NCBI GenBank assembly: GCA_963778655.1 | Contig: CAVZVA010000010.1 | Coordinates: 1,632,001 to 1,696,000, forward strand | Direction of reading: 5' to 3' | DNA: 64,000 bases | Source: an uncultured delta proteobacterium | Lineage (GTDB): Bacteria; Myxococcota_A; Polyangia; Polyangiales; JAFGIB01 | Part shown: in pieces, positions 50,758-59,962 of the stretch | How the letters are laid out: each line of letters starts with the position of its first letter | Numbering within the stretch: the first letter of the stretch is position 1 | Notes under the pieces: model-generated | The model's database searches: none | Seen by the model: only the letters and a program-made list of their open reading frames with translations | Told to the model about the DNA's origin: nothing | Program-made: the position numbers and the translations under genes

Positions 50758-51447
50758 TTACGGCGCGCGAGCCGAGTAGCGCTGCTCGCGCACGGCGCGC
50801 AGCGCGTCCTCCAGGTCCCAGGGATTGAAGCCGACGTACGTCTTGCCCGCGAGCTCGAACGTCGGCACCGAGCGCGCGGGGTTGAGCTTGCCGAGCCGCT
50901 GGCTCGCCGCCGAGTCGCGATCGATGTCGTACTCGGTCAGCGACACGTTGCGCGCGTTCAGAAAGTCCCGCGCGCGCGCGCAGATCGAGCACCAGGGCGC
51001 CGAGTACATCGTGACGTCCACCTTCGGCCCGAGCGCGGCCAGCCGTTGCGAGGCCGACAGCGGGTTGGGGTCCGGCTGCCTGGCCGCCGGCTTCTCGGCC
51101 GCGTCGGGTGCCCTGGGCGCGGTTTGTGACGCGGTTTGCGCCGTGCTCTTGAGCTGTGTGGTGCTCGCGATGTGGCCTCGAGCCGCGCCGCCGCGCCAGC
51201 GCGGGCCGGTGTAGCCTGGATCGAGGGTGTACGCGTAGACCAGCGCGGAGGCCGCGATCACCAGACACACGCCGAGCAAGCCGGTGAAGATCTTGCTGAT
51301 CAGCGTCTCGGTCTCTTGGCGGACGGAGAAGAGCGGAGTCGCGGGACGCTTGCACAGGACACACTTGCCGTCTGGCCCTAACACCAGGTTGTGGCTCTTG
51401 CACAGCTCACGCATAGAAGGCTCGATCCGGTGCTCCGACTCGTCCAT
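50758..51447 (-). CDS. Membrane-anchored glutaredoxin (NrdH-like) protein
   Basis: VTMYSAPWCSIC, SVPTF, VGF; N-terminal CxxH...CxxC followed by a TM. Confidence 0.82.
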   Translation of the reverse strand: MDESEHRIEPSMRELCKSHNLVLGPDGKCVLCKRPATPLFSVRQETETLISKIFTGLLGVCLVIAASALVYAYTLDPGYTGPRWRGGAARGHIASTTQLKSTAQTASQTAPRAPDAAEKPAARQPDPNPLSASQRLAALGPKVDVTMYSAPWCSICARARDFLNARNVSLTEYDIDRDSAASQRLGKLNPARSVPTFELAGKTYVGFNPWDLEDALRAVREQRYSARAP

Positions 51448-51570
51448 TGTCCTATTTCTCGAGCCAAGACCAAAGATGCGGCGATGTGCGCGACACGCCG
51501 AGAGCACCTACACCTGCGCGCTGCAGGCCCCGTCGCGCGCGCCACCGATGATGTAGAATTGAGGCTGCCG

Positions 51571-52290
51571 ATGAGTGAGGCCCGCCCAGCAGCACGCGTG
51601 CCGGCCGCCCTGGTCTCGGTCCGCGCCCCCAGCACAATGCCTGCAGACCGCGCCGCGCCAACAGAGCCCGATCACGCCGGCACCGATCTCGGTCCGCTCG
51701 GCCCGCAGGACGTGACCCTGCTCGAGCGCGCGTGGCAGCGGCGGCAGAAGCTGGGCCGCGCGCGCGCGCTGGCGCGCTTCAACGGGCTGTCGTTGATCGC
51801 GACCGCCGTGCTGTGCCTGCCGTTCGCGGCGCTGGACGCGTCGCTGCTGTGGGTCGCGCTCGCGCTGCTCGCGGTCGGCGCGGCCGAGCTGCGTGGGGCG
51901 CGCTTGCTGCAGCGGCTCGATCTGCGCGCGCCGCGCTGGCTCGGCTGGAACCAGCTCGTGCTGCTCTTGCTGGTGGGGCTGTACTGCGCGTTGAGCGCGC
52001 TCCAGGGGCTTGCGGCGCACGGTCCGACGCTCGATCTCGCGCGTGACTATCCGGACCTCGCCGCCCAGATGCCCGAGCTGCGCGACGGGCTCGGCATGGG
52101 GTCGGACTCGTTCGGGCACGCGTACCGCGCGCTGGTGGTCGTCTTCTACCTGGCGCTATTCGGTGCCTGCGCGCTCTATCAGGGGTTCTGCGCGCGCTAC
52201 TACTTCGCGCTCTCCGCGCAGCTGCAGGCCCACTTGGAGCAAACCCCCGCGTGGGTCTTGAGGCTGCAGAGGAGACTGCTGGGGTGGTGA
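51571..52290 (+). CDS. Hypothetical membrane protein
   Basis: About four TM segments; coupled to the downstream SLT gene by GTGA overlap. Start uncertain. Confidence 0.65.
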   Translation: MSEARPAARVPAALVSVRAPSTMPADRAAPTEPDHAGTDLGPLGPQDVTLLERAWQRRQKLGRARALARFNGLSLIATAVLCLPFAALDASLLWVALALLAVGAAELRGARLLQRLDLRAPRWLGWNQLVLLLLVGLYCALSALQGLAAHGPTLDLARDYPDLAAQMPELRDGLGMGSDSFGHAYRALVVVFYLALFGACALYQGFCARYYFALSAQLQAHLEQTPAWVLRLQRRLLGW

Positions 52291-52964
52291 GGGCCGGCTG
52301 TTGTCTCGCGCTCGGCTCGCTAGTGCTCGCGGCTTGCGCCACGCAGAGCCGCAGCACCAAGGCGGCGAACCTCGGCGCCGGCCCGCTTTACGACTCGGCC
52401 GCAGAATGGCTCGCGGACCGTGCGGCCGAGCCCACGCCGCCGGCGCGGCCGCGCTGGCGGGCGCGGCCGCGGCGCGACGACAGCTGGGCGGCGGCGCAGC
52501 GCGAGCTCGACCTCGACGCGCTGCCGTCGCGCCAGCGCGCGCGCATCGCTGAGCTTCAGCCGATCGTGCTGGTGGCGGCGCGCAGCCACGGGCTGCCGGC
52601 CGATCTGGTCAACGGCATCATCTGGGTGGAGAGCAAGTTCCAGCCGGCCGCGCGCAGCCGCACGGGCTCGTGCGGATTGATGCAGCTGATGCCGACCACC
52701 GGCCGCGAAGTGGCGCGCGCGCTCGGCCGCAGCTATCGACCCTACGACCCCGAGTTCAACATCCACGCTGGCACCTATTACTTCGCGCGCATGCTGGAGC
52801 GTTTCGACGGCGACCTGACGCTGGCGCTGGCCGCCTACAACACCGGGCCGGGCGCGGTCGAGAGGTTCCTGCGCGACAATCGCGGCTTGCCCGACTACAG
52901 CCGCGCCTACGTCGACAACGTGTTCAGCGCGGCGCGTGCCTTCCGGCGCGTTTCCCCGCCTTGA
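52287..52964 (+). CDS. Lytic transglycosylase (SLT domain) lipoprotein
   Basis: Lipobox LAAC, IWVES, GLMQLMPTT, ALAAYNTGPG. Confidence 0.9.
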   Translation: MRAGCCLALGSLVLAACATQSRSTKAANLGAGPLYDSAAEWLADRAAEPTPPARPRWRARPRRDDSWAAAQRELDLDALPSRQRARIAELQPIVLVAARSHGLPADLVNGIIWVESKFQPAARSRTGSCGLMQLMPTTGREVARALGRSYRPYDPEFNIHAGTYYFARMLERFDGDLTLALAAYNTGPGAVERFLRDNRGLPDYSRAYVDNVFSAARAFRRVSPP

Positions 52965-52970
52965 GCGCTA

Positions 52971-52993
52971 CAGGGAGTCGGCGCGACTCCCTG
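52971..52993. terminator. Hairpin between convergent genes
   Basis: cagggagtcg-gcg-cgactccctg perfect 10-bp stem. Confidence 0.55.
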
Positions 52994-53063
52994 ACAATCA
53001 AAGGAGAAATCAGAGCCTGTGATTCGATCCCCAATCGCGAGCTCCTTGTTTTGCCACAGACGC

Positions 53064-53927
53064 CTAGCGCGCGAGCGCCGGCCGGCCGGCGGGGAGCTCG
53101 GGGCGCTTGGACAACAACAGGTCGAAGAAGCCCTCGTCGGAGCCGTCGCGGGGAATCCAGGCCAACGAGGCGAACAGCGCATCCGTAGGCTGCAGCCGCG
53201 GCGGCGTGCGCCCCAGCGGCGGTAGCAGGGTGGCGTACGGGAACGCGCGGAGTGCCCGCTGCAGCGCCTCGACGCTGTCGCCCATGCGCAACAGGCCGGC
53301 GGGCCAGTACTCCAGCACCAGGTAGTCGATTCGGTCGAGCATGCGCCGCGCGCCGGAAAGCACCCGTGCCTCGGCACCCTGACAGTCGAGCTTCATCACC
53401 ACCGGCGCGGTCAGCGCCTGGCCGGCGAGCACGTCGTCCAACGCTGCGGCTTGCACGCCGATGGTCGGCCGCGAGTTCGTCCGCTGCCCGTGCGCCAGGC
53501 GGTGGTCACCCGAGTTGTCGGCGCACAGCGACAGGCGGACCCAGCCGGCCGCGTCGTCCAGCGCGAGCCGGTGGCAGCGGACGCGCGACTGCAGCCCGAG
53601 ACGCTGTAAGTTGCGGCGCAGCAGCGCGTGATTGGTCGGTTCAGGCTCGAAGGCGTGGCAGCGCGCGGCCGAGCGCTGCAGCACCGGGATCGCGATCAGC
53701 CCGATGTTCGCGCCGACGTCGATCAGTGTGCCTTCGCCGCCGCCCAACAGCTCACGCGCGATCAGCGCGACCAGCTCCGGCGCCCAGGTGCCGGTGCGAA
53801 GGTAGGTGCCGAACACCACGCGGTCGCTGGCCGAGCCCTCCACCGGGCCGTAGTCGCCATCGGCCAGGGCGAAGCCCTCCGGCTCCCGGGTGCTGCCGTT
53901 GGATGCCGCGTCGTCCACAGAATCCAC
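53064..53927 (-). CDS. FkbM family methyltransferase
   Basis: IDVGANIG, AFEPEP, MKLDCQGAE, LEYWP. Confidence 0.88.
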   Translation of the reverse strand: MDSVDDAASNGSTREPEGFALADGDYGPVEGSASDRVVFGTYLRTGTWAPELVALIARELLGGGEGTLIDVGANIGLIAIPVLQRSAARCHAFEPEPTNHALLRRNLQRLGLQSRVRCHRLALDDAAGWVRLSLCADNSGDHRLAHGQRTNSRPTIGVQAAALDDVLAGQALTAPVVMKLDCQGAEARVLSGARRMLDRIDYLVLEYWPAGLLRMGDSVEALQRALRAFPYATLLPPLGRTPPRLQPTDALFASLAWIPRDGSDEGFFDLLLSKRPELPAGRPALAR

Positions 53928-53989
53928 CTACTCCCTCCCGCCGCGGCCTGCCAGGCCCCTGGCGAGTCCTCCAGGTGACCCGCGTCGAT

Positions 53990-54100
53990 ACGAGATAAGC
54001 GAAATAAATCAACAGGTTGCATCAACAACACGGGGGTGGTCTTGCAATTGCCTCAAAAGTCGATCTGAATTTGCATGAACTTCCCGATCTGCTAGCCCTG
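53990..54100. promoter_or_regulatory. AT-rich divergent promoter region (FkbM / cysH)
   Basis: Marked drop in GC between divergently transcribed genes; no specific site assigned. Confidence 0.45.
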
Positions 54101-54104
54101 CAGC

Positions 54105-55151
54105 ATGCACGTCACGATGGTCAAGAAGCGCCTCGCGAGCGGTGAGGCGTGCGCCAAGTGCCAGCAGGCCGAGCACGTGCTGCGCGCGCGCTCGGCCTGG
54201 GACCGCATCGACGACGTGATCTGGGCGGTCGAGGACGAGCCCGATTCCGAGGGCATGCGCGTGGCGCGCCGCTTCGGCATCGACAGCGCGCCTTTCTTCG
54301 TGGTCGACGATGGGAACGGCACCAAAGTGGCCTACGGCAGCGTGCTCAAGCTCATGCACGAGCGGCTCGAGCGCGCGCCCGAGGGGGCCCCGCTCGCCGT
54401 GCCCGCAGAGGATTTGGCCGGGCTGAGCGCGGAGCTCGAAGCGCGGCCGCCGGCGGCGATCGTGCGCTGGGCGCTCGAGCGCTTCGGGCGCGACTGTGCG
54501 CTGGCATTCAGCGGGGCCGAGGACGTCGTGCTGATTGACATGGCGGTCAAGACTGGCCTGCAGCTGTCGGTCTTCTGTCTCGACACCGGCCGCCTGCACC
54601 CGGAGACGTACCGCTACCTGGAGCGCGTGCGCGCGCACTACGGCGTCGAGCTCGAGCTTCTCGCGCCCGACCCGGCGCAGCTCGAGCCCTTCGTGCGGAC
54701 CAAGGGCCTGTTCAGCTTCTATGAGGACGGCCACCAGCAGTGCTGCAGCATCCGCAAGGTCGAGCCGCTGCGCCGCGCGCTCGCGCAGCGCCGAGCCTGG
54801 ATCACCGGACAGCGCCGCGACCAGAGCCCGTCGACGCGTGCCGCGGTGGCGGTGGTGCAGCACGATCCGAGCTTCCAGGGGCGGGACGGGGCGCTGCTCA
54901 AGCTCAATCCTCTGGCCGCCTGGAGCTCGGCGCAGACCTGGCAGTACATCCGCGCGCATGGCGTGCCCTACAACCCGCTGCACCAGCGCGGCTTCGTGTC
55001 GATCGGGTGCGAGCCCTGCACCCGACCGATCCACCCCGGGCAGCACGAGCGTGAAGGCCGCTGGTGGTGGGAGGGCACGGCCGACAAGGAGTGCGGGCTG
55101 CACAACAGTGGGCCGCCACCGGCCCTGGGCGTGCCCTCGAGCCCGGGCTGA
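54105..55151 (+). CDS. cysH: Assimilatory APS reductase (Fe-S type CysH) with N-terminal CxxC thioredoxin-like domain
   Basis: AFSGAEDV, LDTGRLHPETY, CCSIRKVEPL, WITGQR, SIGCEPCT, REGRWWWE, KECGLH; extra N-terminal domain with CAKC and APFFVV. Confidence 0.92.
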   Translation: MHVTMVKKRLASGEACAKCQQAEHVLRARSAWDRIDDVIWAVEDEPDSEGMRVARRFGIDSAPFFVVDDGNGTKVAYGSVLKLMHERLERAPEGAPLAVPAEDLAGLSAELEARPPAAIVRWALERFGRDCALAFSGAEDVVLIDMAVKTGLQLSVFCLDTGRLHPETYRYLERVRAHYGVELELLAPDPAQLEPFVRTKGLFSFYEDGHQQCCSIRKVEPLRRALAQRRAWITGQRRDQSPSTRAAVAVVQHDPSFQGRDGALLKLNPLAAWSSAQTWQYIRAHGVPYNPLHQRGFVSIGCEPCTRPIHPGQHEREGRWWWEGTADKECGLHNSGPPPALGVPSSPG

Positions 55152-55212
55152 GCCGCGTTGCGACCAGCGCGGTCCGACGCGCTCGCCACCCGGCGCCGCT
55201 CCGCCGGCGCGC

Positions 55213-55394
55213 GATCCCCCCAAGCGCACGTGCTGAAAGTCCGAGGGGCCGGGCGGGCTCACGCTGCTTCAAGCAAGGTTGCCTCGTTCGGTGCAGGCGA
55301 AACTTGCGTCATGCAGCGCAGAGCCCGCACGGCCCCGCAGCACTACCCCGCGACGCTAGCGCGGAAGATCCGGGTCCGAAAGGCAAAGGCCTCA
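55213..55394 (-). ncRNA. Candidate structured small RNA (long rod-like hairpin), family unassigned
   Basis: Eight nested stems across 55213-55370, directly downstream of a near-consensus sigma70 promoter, with no credible CDS. Ends are approximate. Confidence 0.55.
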
Positions 55395-55400
55395 CCGGAC

Positions 55401-55429
55401 ACTATACATCCGAACAGCCAGCAGGTCAA
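55401..55429 (-). promoter_or_regulatory. Sigma70-type promoter TTGACC-N17-TATAGT
   Basis: Minus strand -35 at 55429-55424 and -10 at 55406-55401, 17-nt spacer, each hexamer 5/6 to consensus. Confidence 0.75.
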
Positions 55430-55464
55430 ATCCGACCTCATTTACCCGGTTTTCCCAATTCTCA

Positions 55465-55505
55465 GCGGCTGCCCGGCCGCCCGGACGAATTTGGCGGGCA
55501 GCCGC
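55465..55505. terminator. Hairpin downstream of the hybrid kinase gene
   Basis: gcggctgcccg / cgggcagccgc 11-bp stem; no U-tract. Confidence 0.45.
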
Positions 55506-55525
55506 CAGCCGTTGCCCGGGCGTCC

Positions 55526-57334
55526 CTACGCCGCGCCTCGCGGCAGCACCGGCTCCGCCTGCTCCACCCGGCTGTCGAGCCAGCGCTCCAGCACTCGCTG
55601 CAGGTCGCGCTGGCTGAAGGGCTTGGCCACGTAATCGTCCATGCCCGCTTCCACGCAGCGCGCGCGCTCCTCCGGCAGCACGCTGGCCGAGAGCGCGACG
55701 ATCGTGGTGTGGCCGCGCTCGCCCTCGCGGCGCCGGATCGCGCTGGTCGCGTCGTAACCGTTCATGTTGGGCATCTGGCAGTCCATCAGCACCAGGTCGT
55801 AGCTGTCGTGCTCCAGGCATGAGAGCGCTTGCGCACCGTCGGCGGCCACGTCGACCCGACAACCCATTCGCGACAGCATCTCGGTGGCCAGCGCCCGCGT
55901 GTCCTCGTTGTCCTCGACGAGCAGCACGCGCCCCTCGTAGCGCGCGCTGCTGCGCGCGCTGGGCGGGGGCTTGGTGGTGAGGTTCTGCGCAAGCTCCAGC
56001 ACCAGCGAGACGGTGAAGCTCGAGCCCTTGCCCAGCTCGCTGTGGAGCTTGATCTCGCCGCCCATCAGGCGCGTGAGCCGGCTCGAGATCGCGAGGCCCA
56101 GGCCGGTGCCGCCGTACTTACGCGTGGTGGAGGCGTCGGCCTGCGCGAACGCCTCGAACACGTGCTCGAGCTGGTCTTCGGGGATGCCGATGCCGGTGTC
56201 CTCGACGCTGATCTCGATCAGCACGCGCCGATCGGCCAGCGGTACGCCGCGCCCGCTCAGCTTGACGTGGCCTTCGTGGGTGAACTTGATCGCATTGCCG
56301 GTGAGGTTGACGATCACCTGCTTGAGCCGAGTGGGATCCCCGCGGTAGCGCCCGCCGATCAGCGAGGGGTCGATCTCCAGCAGCAGCGGAAGATGCTTCT
56401 GCTTTGCCTTGACTGCCAGCATGTCGCGCGCCTCTTCCAGCACCTGAGCGAGGTTGAAGCGCACTTGCTCGACCTGGAATTGGCCCGCCTCGATCTTGGA
56501 AAAATCGAGGATGTCGTTGACGAGCTGGAGCAGCGTGCCGCCGGAGCGTTCGATGGTGCCCGCGAACTCGCGCTGCTCCTCGTTCAAGTCAGTCATCTGC
56601 AGCAGCTCGGTCATCCCCAGCATCGCCGTCATCGGGGTGCGGATCTCGTGGCTCATGTTGGCGAGAAACTCGCTCTTGGCCCGGGTGGCGCACAGCGCAG
56701 CGTCGTTGGCTTCGCGTAGGTCGTGCACCAGGACCTGGTCGCGCATGCGCAATGCCTGGATGTTGCGATAGGCGCGAATGCGGACGAACAGCACCAGGCC
56801 GCCGAACAAGGTGGCTTCGCACAGCGCGAGGCCGAAGTGATTCCAGTCGGGATCGTCGGTGCGAGCGCCGGCCACCCACACCCAGCCCCCGAGCGCGAGC
56901 AGCGAGAGGCCCACGAACCAACGCACGGACAGCAGCAGACAGCCGAACCCGAGCTGCGCGATCATCAGATTCGTCGTCTGCCGAGCCTGAGGCAGCGTCA
57001 CCAGCGAGAACAGGCAGTTCAGAATCACCGCGGCAGCGATCAGCGCCGCGGCCGGGTGTGCCAGCCATGAAGGCAGCTGGTTGCGCTCGAACCAGACCGC
57101 GGCCACGACCAGGCCGAAAGAGAGCAGACCGGTCGCCAGGCTCATGTTGGTCTGCGCCGCGCCTTCGTACTGCACCAGGTACCACGCGGTCAGCAGCGCG
57201 TAGAACAACGCGAGCCCGACGCACACCGGACGCAGCGATGCCGCCAGAATGGCATTGAGGGCTTCGTCGAGCGCCTTGCGGCTGATCTCGGTCGACTCTC
57301 GCAGCTCGGTCGCTTGGGGGGGCGCTTCCGCCAT
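55526..57334 (-). CDS. Membrane-bound hybrid sensor histidine kinase / response regulator
   Basis: About six TMs, AKSEFLANMSHEIRTP, NLTGNAIKFT, DTGIGI, GGTGLGL, receiver LLVEDN..LMDCQMP..KP. Confidence 0.95.
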   Translation of the reverse strand: MAEAPPQATELRESTEISRKALDEALNAILAASLRPVCVGLALFYALLTAWYLVQYEGAAQTNMSLATGLLSFGLVVAAVWFERNQLPSWLAHPAAALIAAAVILNCLFSLVTLPQARQTTNLMIAQLGFGCLLLSVRWFVGLSLLALGGWVWVAGARTDDPDWNHFGLALCEATLFGGLVLFVRIRAYRNIQALRMRDQVLVHDLREANDAALCATRAKSEFLANMSHEIRTPMTAMLGMTELLQMTDLNEEQREFAGTIERSGGTLLQLVNDILDFSKIEAGQFQVEQVRFNLAQVLEEARDMLAVKAKQKHLPLLLEIDPSLIGGRYRGDPTRLKQVIVNLTGNAIKFTHEGHVKLSGRGVPLADRRVLIEISVEDTGIGIPEDQLEHVFEAFAQADASTTRKYGGTGLGLAISSRLTRLMGGEIKLHSELGKGSSFTVSLVLELAQNLTTKPPPSARSSARYEGRVLLVEDNEDTRALATEMLSRMGCRVDVAADGAQALSCLEHDSYDLVLMDCQMPNMNGYDATSAIRRREGERGHTTIVALSASVLPEERARCVEAGMDDYVAKPFSQRDLQRVLERWLDSRVEQAEPVLPRGAA

Positions 57335-57555
57335 TACCGGTACCGGTTCCGCGCGAGAACCGCGCGCGCGCGCGGCGGATTCGGCCGCGCCTGTTCGATT
57401 ATAGGCTCACGGGCCGTTCCCGCGTTGCTGCCGCATGCAAATTGAGGAGGCTGATGTGCGCCGACGTGCGGAGCGTGCGCGGGCTCTACCGTACGGTGCG
57501 AGCCCGCCGTCTGGCCAACCGAGGGGAGCACAGCAGCGGTGGCTGGCTCGAGCTC

Positions 57556-58821
57556 TCAGTCACGGCATTGAGTTTCGTACGGCGCGCAGGTGAAACGCAC
57601 GTGCATGTGCTTGATGTGCCCCGGCGCATGGCGAACGTAGGTGGTTCGCTCGTGACCGGGGTACTGGATGTACTGCGTGAGCTCCTCGGCGGTTGCGCCC
57701 GCGCGCCGCGCCGCGTGGTACAAGTTCATCTGGCGCGAGCGCGAGAGGAAGATGTAGCGAACCTGGCCGGTGGCGATCAGATCCTTGATCAAATACCAGG
57801 TGGCGGTCCAGTCGACCAGCGAAGGGTCGCGCGGAACGATGCCCGCTTCGACGCCCGGCCTGAGTGGCAGCTCGATGTCGACGTCGCGCCCGCTGCGATG
57901 CGAGTGGTGCGGGTTGAAACGACCGCCGTAGTGGCGGCTCATGTCCTCGATCACCAGCTCGCGGTTGAACACGCCCTCGCCGCGGAAGCGGGCGATGGCA
58001 CGTTGCAGCACCTCGATCGCGTGGCTCGAGCCCCAGGTGTTGTCCGGATTGCGAATCTTGTAGAGGGAGGTGTTTTGCGGCAGCTGGATCCCGTGCAGCA
58101 GGTGGCCGTGTCCGGGGCTGCCGACGCTCAGCGCGGTCCGCGGTACCTCCACGATCGGCAGCACCTTGTCCGGGTCGGGCGCCGGCGTTGGCGCAGGCGC
58201 GTCCTTGGCTCGGCTTCCGCGCGTGACCGTCGCCACCAGCGAGCGTGTGTCGGGCGCGGCTGCGCGCGCGGGCTGCTCCGCCGTGGCTTTGGTCCCGCCG
58301 CGCGGGTCGGAATCGGCGTCGGCGCTGTCCGTGTCGCCGTCGCTGTCACGGTCTGCGGCCTGGGCCGGCCTGGAAGGGCTCGAGACCTCGACCCAGAGCA
58401 CGATGTGGTCGCCGGCCTTGAGCTCCTCGACGTCCGGATTCCAGCTCTTGCGCAGCTTGGCCTTGTCGACGTCGAAGCGCGTCGCGATCTTGTTCCAGGT
58501 ATCGCCCTTGTGGACCTTGTAGCGCCGATAGTGGTGCTCGACCGCAGGCACGGTGGTGAGGATGCGGAGCTTCTGCCCCACCCGCAGCAGCGTGTGCTTG
58601 GGGTCGAGATCGTTCCACTCGATCACCTGCTCCGGCGTCACTCCGTAGCGGCTCGCGATCTCGACCACGCGGTCGCCCGGGATCACGCGGTGGCGGATCC
58701 AGCTCGGACGAGACACGCCGAGCGTGCTCATCGCGACGCCAGGAGGTGGCACCGCCACCGCAGGTGCGCTCAGCGAGCCCACCACGACGAGCGCCAGCAA
58801 CGGAATCCAGCGCAACCGCAT
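57556..58821 (-). CDS. LysM x2 + penicillin-insensitive murein endopeptidase (MepA-like)
   Basis: HRVIPGD..IASRYGV and YKVHKGDTWNKIATRF (LysM); DMSRHYGG, HHSHRSGRDVD, HIKHMHVRF. Confidence 0.88.
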   Translation of the reverse strand: MRLRWIPLLALVVVGSLSAPAVAVPPPGVAMSTLGVSRPSWIRHRVIPGDRVVEIASRYGVTPEQVIEWNDLDPKHTLLRVGQKLRILTTVPAVEHHYRRYKVHKGDTWNKIATRFDVDKAKLRKSWNPDVEELKAGDHIVLWVEVSSPSRPAQAADRDSDGDTDSADADSDPRGGTKATAEQPARAAAPDTRSLVATVTRGSRAKDAPAPTPAPDPDKVLPIVEVPRTALSVGSPGHGHLLHGIQLPQNTSLYKIRNPDNTWGSSHAIEVLQRAIARFRGEGVFNRELVIEDMSRHYGGRFNPHHSHRSGRDVDIELPLRPGVEAGIVPRDPSLVDWTATWYLIKDLIATGQVRYIFLSRSRQMNLYHAARRAGATAEELTQYIQYPGHERTTYVRHAPGHIKHMHVRFTCAPYETQCRD

Positions 58822-58973
58822 ACGACAGTCGGTCACCCTAGCACTGCGGTCCGCGCGAGAGAAGGCCACACGACGCGCTTGAGCTGCGGGCTCCCCAGTG
58901 TTAGGGGAACGCGGTGCGCTTCCTCACGACAGGCCGCGACCCGGTGGCTATCCTGCGCCGCGTGAAAATCCGT

Positions 58974-59777
58974 ATGCACACCCACGTTCTATTCGCGTGC
59001 GCGCTGCTGTGCGCGTGCACAGCGGCTTGTGAGCCCAGCTCGCGCGCGGAGCGCAACGATGAGGTCATCCCCACGCCTTCTGCGCTGAGCGAGGGCGACG
59101 AGCAAACTGGGGGCATCGGCGTGCAGGCTCTGCTGGTGAGCTACGCCGGCGCGCAGAAGGCGCCGCCGGAGCTGCGCCGCGACAAGAGCCAGGCGCGCAA
59201 GCGCGCGCAAATGGTCGCGAACATCGCGCAGATGTCCGGCGAGCACTTCGCCGAGCTCGCGATCAAGTACGGCGATCGCCCGCTGCTGCCCGACAACGGC
59301 GGCAGTGGCGCGCTGCTCGAGCGCGGCGACGGCAAGCTCGACCGCGCGGTCGAGGACGTCGCCTTCGCGCTCGCGATCGGCGAGGTGAGCAAGCCGGTGG
59401 AGACCCCGCAGGGCTTCGTGATCCTGCGGCGAACCGAGACGCCTGCGGGCGGCCCCCAAGAGATCGGCGCGCGCCACATCCTGATCGCCTACCGCGGCGC
59501 GCGGCGCGCGGACCCGAAGGTGACTCGCAGCCGCGACCAGGCGCGCGCGCTCGCGGCCCAGATCGTGCGCGACGCGCGTGCCGGCAAGGACTGGGAGCAG
59601 CTCTGGCAGCAGTACTCTAACGAGCCTGGCGGTCAGCGTGGCGGCGAGCTCGGCATCTTCGGCCGCGGCCAGATGGTGCCGGCGTTCGAGCGCGCCGCGT
59701 TCGCGTTGAAGGTGGGGGAGATCAGCGACGTGGTCGAGACGCCGTTCGGCTTCCACGTGATCCAGCGCACCCGCTGA
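58974..59777 (+). CDS. Parvulin-type peptidyl-prolyl isomerase lipoprotein (two domains)
   Basis: Lipobox [43 protein letters not shown]. The first domain is degenerate (QALLV, GFVIL). Confidence 0.9.
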   Translation: MHTHVLFACALLCACTAACEPSSRAERNDEVIPTPSALSEGDEQTGGIGVQALLVSYAGAQKAPPELRRDKSQARKRAQMVANIAQMSGEHFAELAIKYGDRPLLPDNGGSGALLERGDGKLDRAVEDVAFALAIGEVSKPVETPQGFVILRRTETPAGGPQEIGARHILIAYRGARRADPKVTRSRDQARALAAQIVRDARAGKDWEQLWQQYSNEPGGQRGGELGIFGRGQMVPAFERAAFALKVGEISDVVETPFGFHVIQRTR

Positions 59778-59811
59778 GCATCCGTGGTCTGCAACCGTTC
59801 ATTCCAAGATC

Positions 59812-59909
59812 ACAGGAAGGCGGGCAGACGGGAGGAGCTTTGATGATGCGGGCGGCGATCGGGATCGCCGGAAAAGTCGCCCTCTCTTCCCGTCTTCCCG
59901 CCTTCCTGT
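59812..59909. repeat. Palindromic element family A, copy 4
   Basis: Arms acaggaaggcgggcagacgggagg and cttcccgtcttcccgccttcctgt (22/24 complementary); inner hairpin cggcgatc/gatcgccg. Confidence 0.85.
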
Positions 59910-59962
59910 TTCATCTCTCCGTCGGCTTGCGACAGCCGCAGGCGCGTTCGACAATCAAGCCC

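Noticed and set aside
55213..55370. SRP RNA, tRNA or retron msr/msd identity for the rod hairpin
   Set aside because: No SRP GGAA-loop motif, no cloverleaf, and no reverse transcriptase in the window; left unassigned.
57398..57403. Perfect TATAAT on the minus strand upstream of the hybrid kinase
   Set aside because: No matching -35 element; a single hexamer is insufficient to call a promoter.
59840..59962. N-terminal extension of HMG-CoA lyase in the ORF track
   Set aside because: It is translated family A repeat DNA; the enzyme homology starts near ATG 59963.
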